This document shows positions 1-11,940 of a stretch of DNA of 64,000 nucleotides, one piece after another. The translations under genes were made by a program, and so were the position numbers. The notes under the pieces were generated by a model. That model saw only the letters and a program-made list of their open reading frames with translations, was not told the DNA's origin and did not search any database. The first letter of the stretch is position 1. Each line of letters starts with the position of its first letter. The stretch is from Selaginella moellendorffii (taxonomy: Eukaryota; Plantae; Lycopodiophyta), in the NCBI RefSeq assembly GCF_000143415.4, contig NW_003314305.1, forward strand, positions 743,709-807,708, in the 5' to 3' direction.

Positions 1-473
1 AAGCAGTCTTTATCTATTGTATTTGAAAGAAACAGTTCTTTGGAATAGAAGTTACTTACAGCCAGCTCTCGTGCTTGATTGCATTGCCATAGCTTCTATG
101 CTATGCTTCTCAATGTTTTCTTCTAACCATATATGATAAAGTAAACGCTTTCCAAGTGCTTTTTTAAGTTCCCTCTTGTTGCATGAATGTGGATTTAAGA
201 GAATTTCTGAACCCACCACCGGGTGTTTTTGAAGATTCCCGACCATGACATGGAGCACACTGGTGGAGTGAAGTTTTGTCTCCTGGTGCCTGAGGCGCTT
301 TAACGACCTCTTATATCGAATAACAATAATTTACTATCATAGCGCAGGTGTTCAGTTGAAGCGCGAATCGCCAGAAAATCTCATGACCCTCTACAGCAGA
401 GCTCAAGAGAAATAGAAACTGACTAGAGCCACTCCTACGAATTTTACGGCATCCAGCGGCTTGAGACTATGAG

Positions 474-1320
474 CGCCAATTTGCTCGTCCGAATGTATGG
501 CAAATGCGGTAGGCCAAATGATGCCAAGTGAGTGTTTGACGACATCGACGCCAAGACGTTTTCTCGTGGTGACTGCATATGCCCAAAACGTGTATGCCCG
601 ATCGGGATACTGTTGCATGGAATACAATTCTTAGAGCGTACGCACAGCATGGCCATGTAGACGAGGCAAAAGATTCTCTTTTTTTTATTCCAAATCCCAA
701 CTTTTGTCGTGGACAACAATGCTTACAGCATATGCCCAAAGCGGGTTTATGTCTAGCGCGAAGCGTATGTTTGATTCTATGTCACCTCGCAATGCAATTG
801 CATGGAAATGAATGCTTGCTGGATATGCAAGACTCGGAGGTATCTTAGCCTCTTCAGGATTCTTTCGAAAGGTGCCCCAGCATGACACTATATCAGCTAC
901 TGCAATGGTTCCGGCATTTGCTGCGAGGGGCAATGACAGAGAGGCGTGTGCCTTGTTCGAGAATATGCCGGAGAGGAACGTCTTCTCATGGACGGCATTG
1001 CTCCAGGGATATGCTGAGAATCGTCTTCTAGACAAGGCAAAGAGCTACTTTGACAAGATGCCAGCATGGAATCTTGTGTTGTGGACTATGCTCGTTGTTT
1101 CATATGCTCAATGCGAGCGGCTTGAGATTGCACAAGACTTGTTTGTTGAGATGCCCGAGTAGAGCATAGTGACTTGGAATGCCTTGTTGGCAGTGATCGG
1201 GCATGCCAAGCCTTTGGAGGAGGCAAAGCTTTTCCTTGTCACTATGTCCGCATGGAACTTGGTGACCAAAAACACAATTTCTCAGATCAAGGAAGTCAAA
1301 CAAAGTGAAACCACTAGTTG
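474..1320 (+). pseudogene. PLS-class PPR pseudogene (copy 1)
   Basis: PPR motifs (LLVRMYGKC, MPDRDTVAWNT, FENMPERNVFSWTALLQGYAEN) are spread over several frames. An in-frame TAG lies at 1160-1162. Confidence 0.9.
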
Positions 1321-1337
1321 ACTTGGCTAATGCTTCT

Positions 1338-1530
1338 GTCAGGCTTGCTGGAAGAGGAGGCGTCATCGTTGGTGGATCGAACCACAGCCATGCAACGCGG
1401 GATACACAAGACTCTATTGCAGAAGGGAAAGACCATGGAAATGAAGAGCAAGAACAACTACAACTTCGATGTGGTACCAGGATCTCTTCCTGCGGTCTAA
1501 GAACATTGAGTTGTTTCTGGAGAACGAGCT
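1338..1530 (+). pseudogene. CAT: Catalase relic fused 3' of PPR copy 1
   Basis: [28 protein letters not shown] and KNIE-F-ENE match plant catalase [29 protein letters not shown]...KNIDNFFAENE. Large internal deletions. Confidence 0.8.
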
Positions 1531-1623
1531 TACAAAAAAGTTAGTAACTTTTTTCTATAAACTTCCATTCCAATCCAACAAGTATCCACTGCATAATCTG
1601 TTTGAGCACAGAAGATTGGAGCT

Positions 1624-3515
1624 ATGGCGGAGTCACAAGGCGCAGCCAAACTGATGTTGAATCCAAGGGAGAAACTCACTGGAGCACTTGTGATTGGCAT
1701 CGCTTTTGCAACTTTCGTGGCAACACTTGTGGTCACTGCCATCTTCGCGGTTCCAAAGATGATCAAGCCACCTCCAGGGGATTACTACCCGGATATCGTC
1801 AAGGAGGACAAGTGCTCTACTTGCTGGGAAGCCACCGTCTTTGCCACAAGCTCCGATCCATTCTACCAGTGGGTCTGTGATTCCTCACTCCCGGATACTC
1901 TTAACGCCTCGCTGAGGGGAACGCTTGCATGCCAGAGGGCCAGCATCTGGCGTGTTTCAGGCAATATCACCTCTGCAAATGAGAGCTCCTTGTATAGCTC
2001 GCCAGATCCCCACATTCTTGGAGGAGAGCTTGTCAAGAGAAGCAGGACTCTGGTGTGGAAGATGACAGTCTACTGGGGGATGAGTGTAAGAGCTTGTTTT
2101 GACTTGCTAAATCCCATGGAGGATTCATGTCTCTACACAACGCCGATCGTCCAGACCGCTCTTGGATCATATGCAGCGCTCTTGGTTGGCATTCCGTATC
2201 GGAAGGCTTCACAGAACCCATATGCCGTGGAGAGCAGCGCTTTGTATCTGGACAATAGTGCGGTGTATTTGACGAACTTTGTGAGCAACGCTAGAACCGG
2301 TGCTGGATTGAAGCTCAAAAGCTCTGGCAAAGGAATCAAGAACTACGTCTACGAAGGCCAGGTTTGCAACAGGGCCTCCCCGATCCTCATCACTCCGGAC
2401 GTGGTTTCCTACATGGGTTTTCCAAGCTTACAGTGCGCTTGCGATGGTATCCTTTGCCTTGTGGGTCTGAACATCACTGGCACAGCTTCGAATGAGGATA
2501 AGATTCTTCCTCTGAAACTAAATGCCTCCGGTTGTGGCCAGGGCATGTCGTTTTGGGATTGCGATAGATATCCTTTGAAAGAGCATAGAACCGAATTCTT
2601 CTCTTACAGCCCGAGATGGGAGAGATCGATACTACTCGAGGTGAATTTCAGCACAAACTTCGAGGAGGCAATCCGTGGTCCCAACCAGATACTCAAAGAC
2701 TTCGTTTCTTGCACCGAGGACACAATCCAGAAGAAGGATCCGAGCGATGACACACTAGTGTCAGATCTGCAGGAGTGCTTGAAAAGTCCAATTGTTGCCG
2801 TGAGCCCTAGCCCTCGCAAAAGAATCGTAAATGGGGAATTGCTGAAAGATCTCATGGACACCTTCAATAACAAGGTTCCAAACGACAAGGACGACAACTT
2901 CTTGTGTGGCATGGACGAAGGCCAGTCAAAGCTGGCGGACAAGTTGTGCACGGTAAGCTTGGACGATCTAAACATGCAAGTTCTGGAGAAGCGCTTGAGG
3001 GAGTCTTTAACGGACGTGCAAAGGTTCATGAAGGAGGAATGGGAGAGCACTTGGTCGCAGAGATCAGACGTAACTGTTGGGATTGTCACAGCGGTGGTGA
3101 CCATCCTTGTGACCATCTGGGGGATGTTCAACAAGGATTTGCAAAAGGTGGAGGCGTTGATCTTGAAGCGCGCAGGCAAATTCACCAGTGTTGTGAAAGT
3201 GACAATAGGACTTCCACTGTTTAAGACGGGAATTCGGGGTTTTCTGCTCTTGGGTGTAACATGTTTAACGTATTTGTCAGCTTGAATGCTGTGCGAAGTG
3301 AGCCCCGGCTTGCCACCTCGAAAACACTACTTCAGCAGCAGCAGGGGACCTTGTTCTTCTTGACTACAACTTCAACAGTTCAAGTCACTCCATCTTGGAT
3401 TATCTTCTTTGCAGCATGCTCGTTTGCAATCTTTGTGCTTGCCACAGTAACTTTCGGTGTGTACGTTCGCATGTGCTACGTGGAAAGAAAAGAAGAGGTA
3501 ACTGTACCATCTTAA
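1624..3515 (+). pseudogene. Unknown Cys-rich multi-pass membrane protein, copy A (frameshifted near 3' end; 553-aa truncated product possible)
   Basis: Near-identical to intact 12431-14332 but lacks the 10 nt GATCGTGTGG between 3257 and 3258. The missing C-terminus is ORF 3261-3515. Confidence 0.85.
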
Positions 3516-3841
3516 ATCATGCATGTTTATATAATTAATATGTATTCTTTGATGAGTTTTGGATATAGATAGAGCTCAAGAAAAAGAGAAACTGATTAAA
3601 ATGAAAGTAACTAAAAAGTTACTACGAATTTTGCGGCATCCAGCGGCTTGAGACTATGAGCACAAAAAGACCAGCCCCACATAATGTGTGTGATTTACGA
3701 ATTATATCCAGGGATGATTGCGTCTTTCAACGCAGCAATAGCACATTACTTCAGTATCGTGAGCTATGATCAATTTTTTTATCTAAGAGGGCAAAAGAGA
3801 ATAAGTCTTTTATAAAACTAGTAGTGTAGAATGCCGTTCTA

Positions 3842-4869
3842 ATGAGTTCTCTCAAGAGAGCAGCCAGCCACGCCATTGAAGACTTCGCAACCGTGATTCG
3901 CCACTGTGCCAAATCCAAGGACTTGGCAAAGGGTCGCTGGATACACAACCAGATCATTTCAGATCAAAAGGAATACAGAGAGAATGTCTTCCTGCCCAAT
4001 TTTCTCGTCCAGATGTATGGCAAATGCAGTAGCCCAAATGATGCCAAGCGAGTGTTTGACGCCATCGACGCCAAGAACGTTTTCTCGTGGGCTGTTATGA
4101 TCACTGCATATACCCAAAACGGGTATCTGCAAGATGCTAAGCTTATCTTTGACGAGATGCCCCATGGAATACAATGCTTGGAGCGTACGCACAACACAGC
4201 CATGTAGAGAAGGAAAATATTCTTTTTGATTCGATTCCAAATCCCAACATTGTTTCGTGGACGACAATGCTTACAGCATATGCTCAAAGCGGGTATATGT
4301 CTAGCACGGAGCATATGTTTGATTCTATGTCACCTCGCAATGCAATTGCATGGACATCAATGCTTGCTGGATATGCAAGACTCGGAGGGTATCTTAGCCT
4401 CTCCAGGATTCTTTCGAAAGGTGCCCCAGCATGACACTATATCAGCTACTGCAATGGTTCCGGCATTTGCTGCGAGGGGCAATGACAGAGAGGCGTGTGC
4501 CTTGTTCGAGAATATGCCAGAGAGGAACGTCTTCTCATGGACGGCATTGCTCCAGGGATATGCCGAGAATCGTCTTCTAGACAAGGCAAAAAGCTACTTT
4601 GACAAGATGCCAGCATGGAATCTTGTGTCGTGGACTGTGCTCGTCATTTCATATGCTCAATGCGAGCGGCTTGAAATTGCACAAGACTTGTTTGTTGAGA
4701 TGCCCGAACGGAGCATAGTGACTTGGAATGCCTTGTTGGCAGCGATCGGGCACGCCTAGTTCTTGGAGGAGGCAAAGCTTTTCCTTGTCACTATGCCCGC
4801 ATGGAACTTGGTGACCAAAAACACAATATCTCAGATCAAGGAAGTCAAACAAAGTGAAACCACTAGTTG
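3842..4869 (+). pseudogene. PLS-class PPR pseudogene (copy 2)
   Basis: Begins FATVIRHCAKSKDLAKGRWIH...NVFLPNFLVQMYGKC, then PPR repeats in shifting frames. TAG at 4757-4759. Confidence 0.9.
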
Positions 4870-4886
4870 ACTTGGCTAATGCTTCT

Positions 4887-5185
4887 GTCATGAGTTTGCT
4901 GGAAAAGGAGGCGTCATCGTTGGTGGATCGAACCACAGCCATGCAACACAGGATGCACAAGACTCTATTGCAGAAGGGAAAGACCATGGAAATGAAGAGC
5001 GAGAACAACTACAACTTCGATGTTATACCAGGATCTCTTCCCACGGTCTAAGAACATTGACTTGTTTCCGGAGAACGAGCAACCGCTGCTTTGGTGGTGT
5101 TATTGCAAGATGAACTGCTTCAGACTTCTTGTACGCAGTGCACAGGCTGAGGCCGAACTATTTGCTGCTTCCTGCGAACGCTCTC
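4887..5185 (+). pseudogene. CAT: Catalase relic fused 3' of PPR copy 2
   Basis: [21 protein letters not shown] and [13 protein letters not shown] match catalase RLGPNYLQLPVNAPK and the upstream motifs. Confidence 0.8.
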
Positions 5186-5189
5186 AAAT

Positions 5190-5810
5190 TTGCACAACAA
5201 TCTCCATGAAATTCAGGTCAATTCTCTCTAATCTCAACAACCAACTCGAGCCCACTTATACAGATGATAGAAAGCCTCAAGATGATCACTCTCTCGTATC
5301 TACTCTCAAAGAAATCCCAGCTTCGGACACACAGGGAATTCTAACTCCTAAGGAGCACCAGCGTGCCTCACGAATTCTCAAACACTAGTTTATATACTAC
5401 CTACGCTGTCATTCCATGATCCTCTTGGATCACAACTGCAGATGCCCGATAGCAAATTCCTCCAGGCATCATTAGAAAATCCTCTGCGCCACCTTGCCAC
5501 CTGACCTTAGGCGGCAGCTTTAAGAGCAGACGCATAGGTTTGTAAAGAAGGGAGAGCACTTCGGCAGAGAGATCAAGGAGTTGCAAGAAGTTTGATCGTG
5601 AAAGGTCACCAAAGTTGTTAAAGATGGGAGTGTTTGTGCTCGTGGGTGTGACGTGTTCATAAAGCTTGTGAGCCTCGCCTTGCCACTTTAGAAACACTTC
5701 TCCAGCAGCTCAATGGGATCTCGTTCCTAGCGACTACAACCTCAACAGTTCAAGTCACTTGCAATCTAATTTGTATTTTTCAGTTACTTTTGGTGTGTAC
5801 ATTCGCATGA
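5190..5810 (+). pseudogene. Deletion-riddled relic of the unknown membrane-protein family
   Basis: Contains DDHSLVSTLKE (cf. DDTLVSDLQE), gggagagcacttcg, ETLLQQLNGISFLATTTSTVQVT and ttttggtgtgtacattcgcatg, colinear with the 3' half of 12431-14332. Confidence 0.7.
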
Positions 5811-6589
5811 AATAACTGAAAAACTGTGCTTCCAAGGGAAATTCAAGGTTAAAATGAGAGGGGTACACTGCAAAAGAAACACTAGCCCGAAAGCAAAGAT
5901 CCAAATGCTACACAACTGTGTCAGATTTTTTTTTGTCTTTTTTAAGTATCAACTTCAAGCTTTATTCTTCTTTCTTTACTCAGGTTTTCTTTTTATAAAG
6001 CAAAATTCACATTCGGTTTTGAAGACACCCCCTTATTGAATAGTTTTATATTTCACCTCTGAAATTAAGTATGATATATGTAAGATGTGGTGTACCATAG
6101 AAACTCAAAGCAATAGTCCAAATACCATAAACATTTCAAAGCGTGTAAAATGTGAGAGAACCATATTCATAATTTACGACACTAGGTGGACCGCCCAAGC
6201 GATTGGAATAGAAGCAGCCACATTCTCCACCAAAAGGCATAGCATCCATAGACGACATACAGCTTGCAGTCGTGAAAGAATCTCTATCTCTTCCCTTTAT
6301 TTCATTTGCTAGACTCTTCATTGGTTTTGTGTTTTATGGACGTATGAAAACTCGAATCCATTCATTAACTATTTACATGCTAGCATGCGCTAAAGATCTG
6401 GCCCACCAGAAGCATTAGAAAGCCGAGTCAACTTGTGGTTACACTTTGCTTGGCTTCATTGATTCGGCCTGGAGAACATTAAAGAGAAACAAAACAAGAG
6501 AATGGGACTTGCGAGCATGCAAACAAGCACAATACAAGGCTTTTCACGAGCAGGCAGAATGGGTGCGAGGCGACACATGAAGAACAGCC

Positions 6590-7850
6590 ATCGGCGTGGA
6601 TCTGGGCGACGATGCTCTCTCTTGGGGGCTGTGGAGTAGGGAAATTCAGAGCCCTCAGCAAGATAATGCTGAGAATCGTCTTCTAGACACAAAACGCTAC
6701 TTTGACAAGATGGAATCTTGGACTGTGCTCGATGCTCAATGTGAGCGGGTTGAAGTTGGACGAGGCTTGTTTGCTGAGATGCTAAGTGGAGTATAATGCC
6801 TTGTTGACAGCGATAGGGGATACCAAAGAAGACTGGCCCTTGCAGTTGGCGATATAGTGTCATGCCGAATCTTGCTGTCCATGCGATTGCATTTCGAGGT
6901 GACATGGAATTGCTTTACACTGGACATATGCATATGCTGTTGTCCACAACAAGGGTTAGCATCAAAGAGAACCAATCCATGCAACAGTATACGCTTTTAG
7001 TTTTGATTTTTGCCACTCAGGTGGTTTTTGTGATTACTTGTTGATAGTACTTTTATTTTCCCTAGTTATTATCTTTTCATAAATATTAAATGTTTACTTT
7101 TAAAAAAAATCCTAGACCACAATAAAACGTTTTTGGCTCGCTGTACTAGATGTGCTATCACACAAGGAGGTGTTCAAGCTGGCAAAGGATCCGGCTGTGG
7201 ACCTCTGGGGCCCATGATCGCCGAGAGTGGGATCTTGAGACAGCCAAGGCGATGGTGCACAGGATGAAAAACCCGAGTGTGGCTTCTTGCACATCAAGGC
7301 TGGAGAAATCAGCGATGCACAGGACGTCTTCAACAGGATAATGGGTTTACCTCGATCAGGCAATATTCTCTGCATCTTCAAGCTCATGCCCAACACAGTC
7401 GCGTGGAACACGATCATCCCTGCTCATGGAGAGATGAGGAGGTGAGAATTATGTTCGAAGGGATAGGAGCGCAGCGAAACTTGGAGACGTGACGACTTTG
7501 GAAATCATAATCACGTGAAAGCTGATGGCACTCTTGATAAGCTTGTCACTAAGGTATTTGCAATTTGCATAATTTTATTTTGTAGATAATCCTCTCTATT
7601 GCGGAAGTTTGACGAGCTCTCTTATCCAAGGTCTTTTCCTTGGCAGGAATGTCGTAGTAGTGTAAACCTATTGCTGTCCTAGAAGACGTCCTCGGCGGCT
7701 TGGAGGTGCCCGGCCTGGGCGTAAACGGAGATGATGATCTCAAGAGAGCAGCCAGCCACCCCATTGATTCGTCACTGTGCCAAATCGAAGGACTTGGCAA
7801 AAGGTCGCTGGATACACAGTCAGATCATTTCAGATGGCATGCAAAGTCTT
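6590..7850. pseudogene. Scrambled PPR fragments on both strands
   Basis: AENRLLDTKRYFDKM on +; MSPRNAIAW and HDTISPTA on -; HMPNTVAWNTII and LKRAASHPI on +. Confidence 0.65.
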
Positions 7851-7875
7851 TGGAGGGATCCTTGTCACACGGTCT

Positions 7876-8160
7876 AAGCAAGAACATTGACTTGTTTGCG
7901 GTGAATGAGGAGCCTCATTTATTACGACGATGAACTGCTCGTGTGCTGACACCCAGATGAGGCCGAATTATTTGCTGCAATCACCATGACGAAGAGGTAT
8001 GACAATCAGCGGTTTGCTTTTTTCCTTGTGCTTGTACTCAACAGGTTTCCTTCCCTTCTCGTTACGCTGGGCGTGTTTCTACTACGAGAAAAGGTCTAAC
8101 ATCTCATTTATGCTTTGGCAATGGATACGTTTAACTGAATCCACTGTGCTCCAGTTCCTA
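7876..8160 (+). pseudogene. CAT: Short catalase relic with intron remnant
   Basis: KNIDLFAVNEE, RPNYLL, NHHDEE, then an intron (gtatgaca...) homologous to the one near 10535. Confidence 0.65.
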
Positions 8161-8369
8161 AATCTAACTGCAAAGCTGTAATTATCGTGGGAAAAGAAAA
8201 CTCACAATTTATTGCCTGGAAGCATTTCAACTTCAAGAGTTGCCTGAGATCGGGCACCTGAGACTGTGGAATGTTCTTATCACCACCTGTGTTTTGCGAT
8301 ACTTAGGCTCTTCACGAGGTAACGGCTTTCGATGTTGGCTACCTTGTCCATGGCCATGAATCTGTGTTG

Positions 8370-9140
8370 CTGCTAGACGACCAGTCTTCCAGACTCAAGA
8401 TGCAACCCACCAGGAAGTAAAGAAAGCAAACAAATGTCCAGGGCTAAATCCGAGTAAGAAGCAAAGCATCGCCTTCTTGGTTTCGTCCGTGTCCATAGTA
8501 CGAGCACCCAAAGAGCCTGAAAAGACACTCACATACCACACTGCCCTTTCTCTGCATGGTTCATGGGTCTTCGTCTGCCCAAAAGTCCAATTGGCTGAGT
8601 AAACAAACACATAAGGTCGGTCGTCATTGCAGTGAAGGCGAAGAGCTTCTCTTTACGTTAGCTCTTGAGAAATCGCAAACTTCTCCCAAAAAAAGGCTGT
8701 CGAAGTTTCTAACATCCAATACGCCTCTGAAGCATCCGCTGAAGCATCCGTTCTTTACTCGAAGCGAGGTTCCCACTCGCCAGCTCCTTGTATGTATACT
8801 TTTGAGCCAAGCCTTGCAGTGCCTGTCAAGCCTGTGCTTCCAGATCACCAAGCCAAGCGAATGCTCTGCGACCACCCCGACGAGAGTGGAGAGTCATGAC
8901 CCTGTCCAGACACCGGAGGTTCAGCGGCGTTGTCAGGTTGATGTTGCTGCTGCTTTGCTGTTCGTGTGAGACTAAACTCCCGGAGGCCACCCGCGGATAT
9001 GACTTGCAGTCAATCTCGTCGATAAGCCTGTCCATTTCCTGTACGGATTTATCGATAAGGCATGGCTCTTCCTTCGTTGATATCTTGAACCTTCGGTTGA
9101 GACCAGCTGATCCAGCTATGCTCACAATTGCGATAAGAAG
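8370..9140 (-). pseudogene. Unidentified degenerate gene relic
   Basis: Duplicated at about 19540-20520 (-). Its 8430-8660 part recurs in inverted orientation at about 47830-48020, 53540-53730 and 63270-63460 (+). Confidence 0.5.
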
Positions 9141-9149
9141 AAGCTGACA

Positions 9150-9330
9150 AAAAATACCTTGGGGAAAAGCAATGCTAGAGAAGGAGAGTTCCTTCTCACC
9201 ATTGACAAGCTGGGATAGCTGAAACCTGGAGTATCAGCGAGCATAGCCCCTCTAAATGGCAGATGCAAGAGAAACGTGCCGCATCGTGTGTCTTCCGGAT
9301 CCAGTCCGTTACGACACCTCACTTACGCGA
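9150..9330 (-). pseudogene. rsgA: RsgA/EngC GTPase fragment
   Basis: MLADTPGFSYPSLSMV...LALLFP contains the G3 DTPG motif. Duplicate of 20540-20670. Confidence 0.7.
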
Positions 9331-9349
9331 ATGAGTGCCTGTACAACAA

Positions 9350-10283
9350 CTGGATACACAGCCAGATAATTTCAGATCAAAAGGAATACAGAGAGAACGT
9401 CTTCCTGGCCAATTTACTCGTCCAGATGTATGGCAAATGCGGTAGCCCGAATGATGCCAAGCGAGTGTTTGACGAGAACGTTTTCTCGTGGGCCGTTATG
9501 ATGCTGCATATACCCAAAACGGGTATCTGCAAGATGCTAAGCTTATATTTGACGAGATGCCCGATCGGGATACTGTTGCATGGAATACAATGCTTGGAGC
9601 GTACGCACAGCATGGCATTGTAGACGGGAAAAAGATTCTTTTTTGTTTGATTGCAAATCTCAACTTTGTGTCGTGGACGACAATGCTTACAGCATATGCC
9701 CAAAACGGGTATATGTCTAGCGCGAAGCATATGTTTGATTCTATGTCACCTCGCAATGCAATTGCATGGAAATGAATGCTTGCTGGATATGCAAGACTCG
9801 GAGGTATCTTAACATTTTGAGGATGTTTTCGAAAGATACCCCAGTGACACGATATCAGCTACTGCAATGATTTCGGCATTTGCCGCGACGGGCAATGACA
9901 GAGAGGCATGTGCCTTGTTCGAGAATATGCCAGAGAGGAACGTCTTCTCATGGACGGCGTTGCTCCAGGGATATGCCGAGAATCGTCTTCTAGACAAGGC
10001 AAAGAGCTACTTTGACAAGATGCCAGCATGGAATCTTGTGCCGTGGACTGTGCTCGTCGTTTCATATGCTCAATCCGAGCGGCTTGAGATTGCACAAGAC
10101 TTGTTTGTGGAGATGCCCGAGCGGAGCATAGTGACTTGGAATGCCTTGTTGGCAGCGATTGGGCATGCCAAGTCTTTGGAGGAAGCGAAGCTTTTCCTTG
10201 TCACTATGCCCGCATGGAACTTGGTGACCAAAAACACAATCTCTCAGATCAAGGAAGTCAAACAAAGTGAAACCACTAGTTGA
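9350..10283 (+). pseudogene. PLS-class PPR pseudogene (copy 3, 5'-truncated)
   Basis: Same PPR unit, starting at WIHSQIISDQ, with frameshifts and a TGA at 9773-9775. Confidence 0.9.
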
Positions 10284-10298
10284 CTTGGCTAATGCTTC

Positions 10299-11043
10299 TG
10301 TCATGAGCTTGCTGGAAGAGGAGGCGTCATCGTTGGTGGATCGAACCACAGCCATGCAACGCGGGATACACAAGACTCTATTGCAGAAGGGAAAGACCAT
10401 GGAAATGAAGAGCGAGAACAACTACAACTTCGATGTTATACCAGGATCTCTACGCTGTGCACAGGCTGAGGCCGAACTATTTGCTGCTTCCTGCGAACGC
10501 TCCCAAGTGTGCTCATAACAACAACCATCACGAGGTGGTATGACAAGCAACGCTCTTGCTTTTACGTTCTATATTCTGTGTTTGCAGGTGAACTATTTCC
10601 CTTCCCATTTTGATCCTTGCCACCCTCTCGGTGGTCGACGAGAAGAGGTTTGTTTAGTCTACCTTTCAGCTTCTCATTTTATGCTTTGGCATTCTCTTGT
10701 AGGTGATGATTGAAAAGGAAAATAACTTTGCTCAGCCAGGAGCAACGTTCCGCTCCGGACCTGGTGACAGGCAAGATCTCAAACCTCTCTCTCAGCTAAT
10801 CATGTTTTAACTGAATCTCTGCTCCTCTTCCAGGCAAGAGCGTTTCATTGCGAGAGTTCTGGATGCTCTGTCCGACCCGCGCGTCACCCACGAAATCCGT
10901 AGCATCTGGCTCTCTTACTGGTCTCAGGTTAGACAATAAAGAAAATACAACATGTGATCAAACTCAACCATGAAAGTGTGCAGGCGGATCGTATGCTTGG
11001 TCAGAAGATTGCAACGAAATTCAACGTGAAAGCCAACATGTAA
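10299..11043 (+). pseudogene. CAT: Catalase pseudogene, 3' half with introns
   Basis: [24 protein letters not shown] | VNYFPSHFDP | IEKENNFAQPG | [31 protein letters not shown] | ADRMLGQKIATKFNVKANM* is the plant catalase C-terminus. The N-terminal haem-binding half is absent. Confidence 0.9.
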
Positions 11044-11419
11044 ACGGATAAAACTATATCTGTGTCCATCGTGGTGATCGTGGTGAAAGAAAGACGTACT
11101 AGTTTCAATTATTACTCTTTTTCTAACAATCCAAATCTGCATTATTATTGAGGTATGTTTCTTGCATTGTATTGCTTGAGTTTTATTTGTTACCCGAGAG
11201 ATCAGGCACCAGAGACTGTGGAATGCTCTTGTCACCACCTGTGTCTTTCTTGTTGCTCGTTGCTCCCTTGGTGTCATACCCAGGCCAAACCCCTGGACAG
11301 TTTGTTTGCTTTCCTTTTTCCAACAAGGTTCTCGTCTTGAGTCTGGAAGAGTGGTCGTCTAGCAAGAGTAGCATTTGGTGTCATGACAGGCTAGCCAACG
11401 TTATCTAAAGCTCACAAAC

Positions 11420-11940
11420 CTCATGAAGAGCGTCTTCCAGCCTCTGTAGCCCGCCCGGAGTAAGTTCCTCACAGTCGCACGCCGCAGTGACTATGGGCGT
11501 GTGGACACGAGGAACACTGTCCAGTTCGTTCTGAGAAGCGTCCTCACTGGAGCGATCGCCGGGACGCCTCTGGCGGCCCACAAGTTAAAGTCAGTGTCGT
11601 GGTAGCTCCCAGCTCTGCAAAGTTTTAACTTTCAACAGGGAAGGAAGAGATAGATCCAGACGTTACCCGAACTGCTTTGTAGCAAAGTAAGGCGTGGTTG
11701 AGAGGAGAGTACCATCGACATCAAACAGCCACGCATCAATGCCGGCCTGGCGCAGAAAGTCTGGGCTTGCTGGAATGCCAAGCTCGTTGCAGCTTGGACG
11801 TCGGTACTGTGGCCCGGTGGTGTAGCTCCGGACGTAGGGAACACACTCGGCAGGGACTCTCCAGCTCAAGAGGTTTCCAGACGCAACGCTAAACTGGAAG
11901 CTGCGACAGTAGGAATCCACGGACTGGGACCTTGGATCTC
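11420..11940 (-). pseudogene. HAD class IIIB acid phosphatase (vegetative-storage-protein-like) pseudogene
   Basis: SYCRSFQFSVASGNL..W.VPAECVPYVRSY, DAWLFDVDGTLLSTTPYF (DxDxT motif), FNLWAARG.PAI. Frameshifts and a missing C-terminus. Confidence 0.8.

Noticed and set aside
4854-5388. Small ORFs MKPLVDLANAS.. and MLYQDLF.. as a novel repeated gene
   Set aside because: They are largely off-frame readings of the catalase relic.
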